From positions 32,001 through 96,000 of the forward strand of contig JBGCFM010000016.1 of assembly GCA_045106895.1 (NCBI GenBank): 64,000 nt of DNA, in the 5' to 3' direction. Positions 62,356 to 64,000 of the stretch are shown piece after piece. Each line of letters starts with the position of its first letter. Position 1 is the first letter of the stretch. A program made the translations under genes and the position numbers. The DNA comes from Polyangiales bacterium. GTDB taxonomy: Bacteria; Myxococcota_A; Polyangia; Polyangiales; Houyiibacteriaceae. Below the pieces are notes generated by a model, which did no database searches, was not told where the DNA came from, and saw only the letters and a list, made by a program, of their open reading frames with translations.

Positions 62356-63254
62356 CGGCGGCGAATATGACCGGAGTTCAGGAAGCCCCAGAGGGCGCCG
62401 ACGACGAGACCACCGGAGTGGCCCCAGTTGGCCACGGGCATGAAGCCGGCGAAGCAAAGCACGTAGAATCCAAGCATCCACATGACGGTTGTTTTAGGGA
62501 GCGCCAAGGGAAACGCCGGGTCGTAGCGCCCGCGGATCCAAATATAGCCAAAGAGACCGTAGACAACCCCGGAGAGTCCACCGAAGTACACGCCGCCGAA
62601 GTAAAACTGCGGGAACGCGCCTGCGAGGTGCGTGACGACGAAGAAGCACACGAGCCACAGGCTGGAGTGAACACGTTCAAGGCTGGCGGCGAGATCCTTC
62701 CACCACCACAGGTTGAAGAGAATATGAAAGATGCTGAGATGCACAAACGCAGGGGAGAGGATGCGCCAGACCTCACCGTTTTCCCATGTCGCGACGAGCC
62801 ACGCCGTCTTCGTGTAGAACACGCCCCCTTGAAGAATGGGGACCGACGCGAACCAAAAGTGCTGAACGGCGGCCCGATCGTCTCCGAGCTCCGTGACGAA
62901 CGCGATGCACGCGCAGATGCCGATCACGGCGATGGTGATCGGCCCCATGCCGTCGGCTTTGAAGGTGTCCCGCGCTTTCATGACGCGGTGACGGCTCTTC
63001 TTCTCGCGGACCTTCTCCTTTTTGCGGAGCGCCGAGGCGCTCTCTTTCAGCTTGGAGAACCGGGCGTCATTTGGGTCTTTAAGAAAGACCTCGAGGATCG
63101 CCTTCGCGGCGTCGAGGTCATCGTCATTCTCGACCCATACATGGAACGAGCCGTCCTTGCTCTCGCGCAACGATGCTCCGATGGAATCACCGTAGAGCGC
63201 TTCCGAAAAGCGCTCGGCGTCCTTCTCGGACTCAAAGGCATGGAGCATGCGCAT
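62334..63254 (-). CDS. glpG: rhomboid intramembrane serine protease (GlpG-like)
   Basis: N-terminal soluble domain, WRILSPAFVH..FHILFN, GGLSGVVYGL, ANWGH.GG. Confidence 0.9.
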   Translation of the reverse strand: MRMLHAFESEKDAERFSEALYGDSIGASLRESKDGSFHVWVENDDDLDAAKAILEVFLKDPNDARFSKLKESASALRKKEKVREKKSRHRVMKARDTFKADGMGPITIAVIGICACIAFVTELGDDRAAVQHFWFASVPILQGGVFYTKTAWLVATWENGEVWRILSPAFVHLSIFHILFNLWWWKDLAASLERVHSSLWLVCFFVVTHLAGAFPQFYFGGVYFGGLSGVVYGLFGYIWIRGRYDPAFPLALPKTTVMWMLGFYVLCFAGFMPVANWGHSGGLVVGALWGFLNSGHIRRRWLRKNQ

Positions 63255-63309
63255 GCCGAGGTCATAGCGCAGATGCGCTCCTCGTCGATCGGCTAGGTCA
63301 CAGAGGCCC

Positions 63310-63990
63310 TCACGTCTCGGGTTTTAGAAGAGGAGCGTATGACTCATCTCGATCGCGACAGATATCGGCGAGTACGCCTTCCAATCGCCCTTGGCCTTCG
63401 CGTCGCAACGTCGCGGCGTTGGTTTCCGCCACCCGTTCGTGAAGCGGAGGCTTTGAGGGAGGGGCCGAGAGGATCGACGCAAAGTCGACGTTCTCAAGGT
63501 CGATGAAACCCGTACCGGAGTCTGAGCCGCTTCGAACCGAGTCAAGGACGCTCCGTCGCACCATTTGGATCGTCGGGTCGGGAGAGCGTCGAACGAAGGG
63601 GAGGGCGCGGGCGGCGCTCGAGTCATTAAAGGGCGCGCTGGGGTGAAACGCGGCGAGGGCCATCGGAGGAGAGCCGTCGTAGACTTCTGCGTACTCTTCC
63701 CGAAGCGTCGCGGTGAGCTGCTCGAACGCCTTACGCTCCATGTCGAGCGCCGGAAAGAGAATGAACGTCACCTCGTAGGTTTCGTCCTCGCCGAGCTCTT
63801 TCATGGCGTCGAGGATCGGCGCGCGCGTGTCGCCTTCGGCGTAGAGGAGCACACGCGTCGCCGTCCGGCCCTCCACGCGTGCCTTCTTTGCCCACGGACA
63901 GAATCCAAAGCCCTCCACAAACTCAACGCTGAAACGTTCGTGGATTCGCCGCGCTTCGGTGATGAGCGCGTCCAGGTGTTCGGGTTTCAC
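63310..63990 (-). CDS. DUF1415-like protein
   Basis: FCPWAK, AFHP, RRSPDPTIQMVR resemble DUF1415 motifs; frame stays open to the window edge so the start is uncertain. Confidence 0.65.
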   Translation of the reverse strand: MKPEHLDALITEARRIHERFSVEFVEGFGFCPWAKKARVEGRTATRVLLYAEGDTRAPILDAMKELGEDETYEVTFILFPALDMERKAFEQLTATLREEYAEVYDGSPPMALAAFHPSAPFNDSSAARALPFVRRSPDPTIQMVRRSVLDSVRSGSDSGTGFIDLENVDFASILSAPPSKPPLHERVAETNAATLRREGQGRLEGVLADICRDRDESYAPLLKPET

Positions 63991-64000
63991 CCCCCGATGG

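Overview
64 kb of GC-rich, gene-dense bacterial chromosome. Gene content suggests a myxobacterium (Myxococcota, probably Polyangiales/Sandaracinaceae-like; this is inference): three Hanks-type Ser/Thr kinases, FHA, PilZ and HDOD proteins, a bactofilin, a Cys-rich Pal, CglD/CglB-like vWA lipoproteins and a split ATP synthase operon. Housekeeping genes recognised: tmk, ctaA, ctaB, an SCO protein, cpoB, pal, murI, a MATE transporter, rsmE, prmA, hom, atpF'-F-H-A-G-D-C, pgi, rnc, a DTW protein and a rhomboid protease. No rRNA, tRNA, CRISPR array, integrase or transposase was recognised. Most notable: (1) a ~410 bp non-coding, highly palindromic element at 3940-4351 with an internally deleted second copy; (2) orphan type III secretion/flagellar-like sctP(FliK)-like and sctQ genes interleaved with heme A/heme O synthase genes; (3) a five-gene kinase/TPR/Cys-rich lipoprotein operon in which the first two proteins share a repeated C-terminal motif; (4) a rhomboid gene coupled to a two-part HTTM (vitamin K-dependent carboxylase-like/SdpAB-like) pair; (5) an ATP synthase b subunit with a His-rich extracytoplasmic extension and an alpha subunit with a ~47 aa insertion; (6) a DHp-only sensor coupled to a complete histidine kinase. 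All calls come from reading motifs by eye, no database search was run, and many start codons are best guesses.
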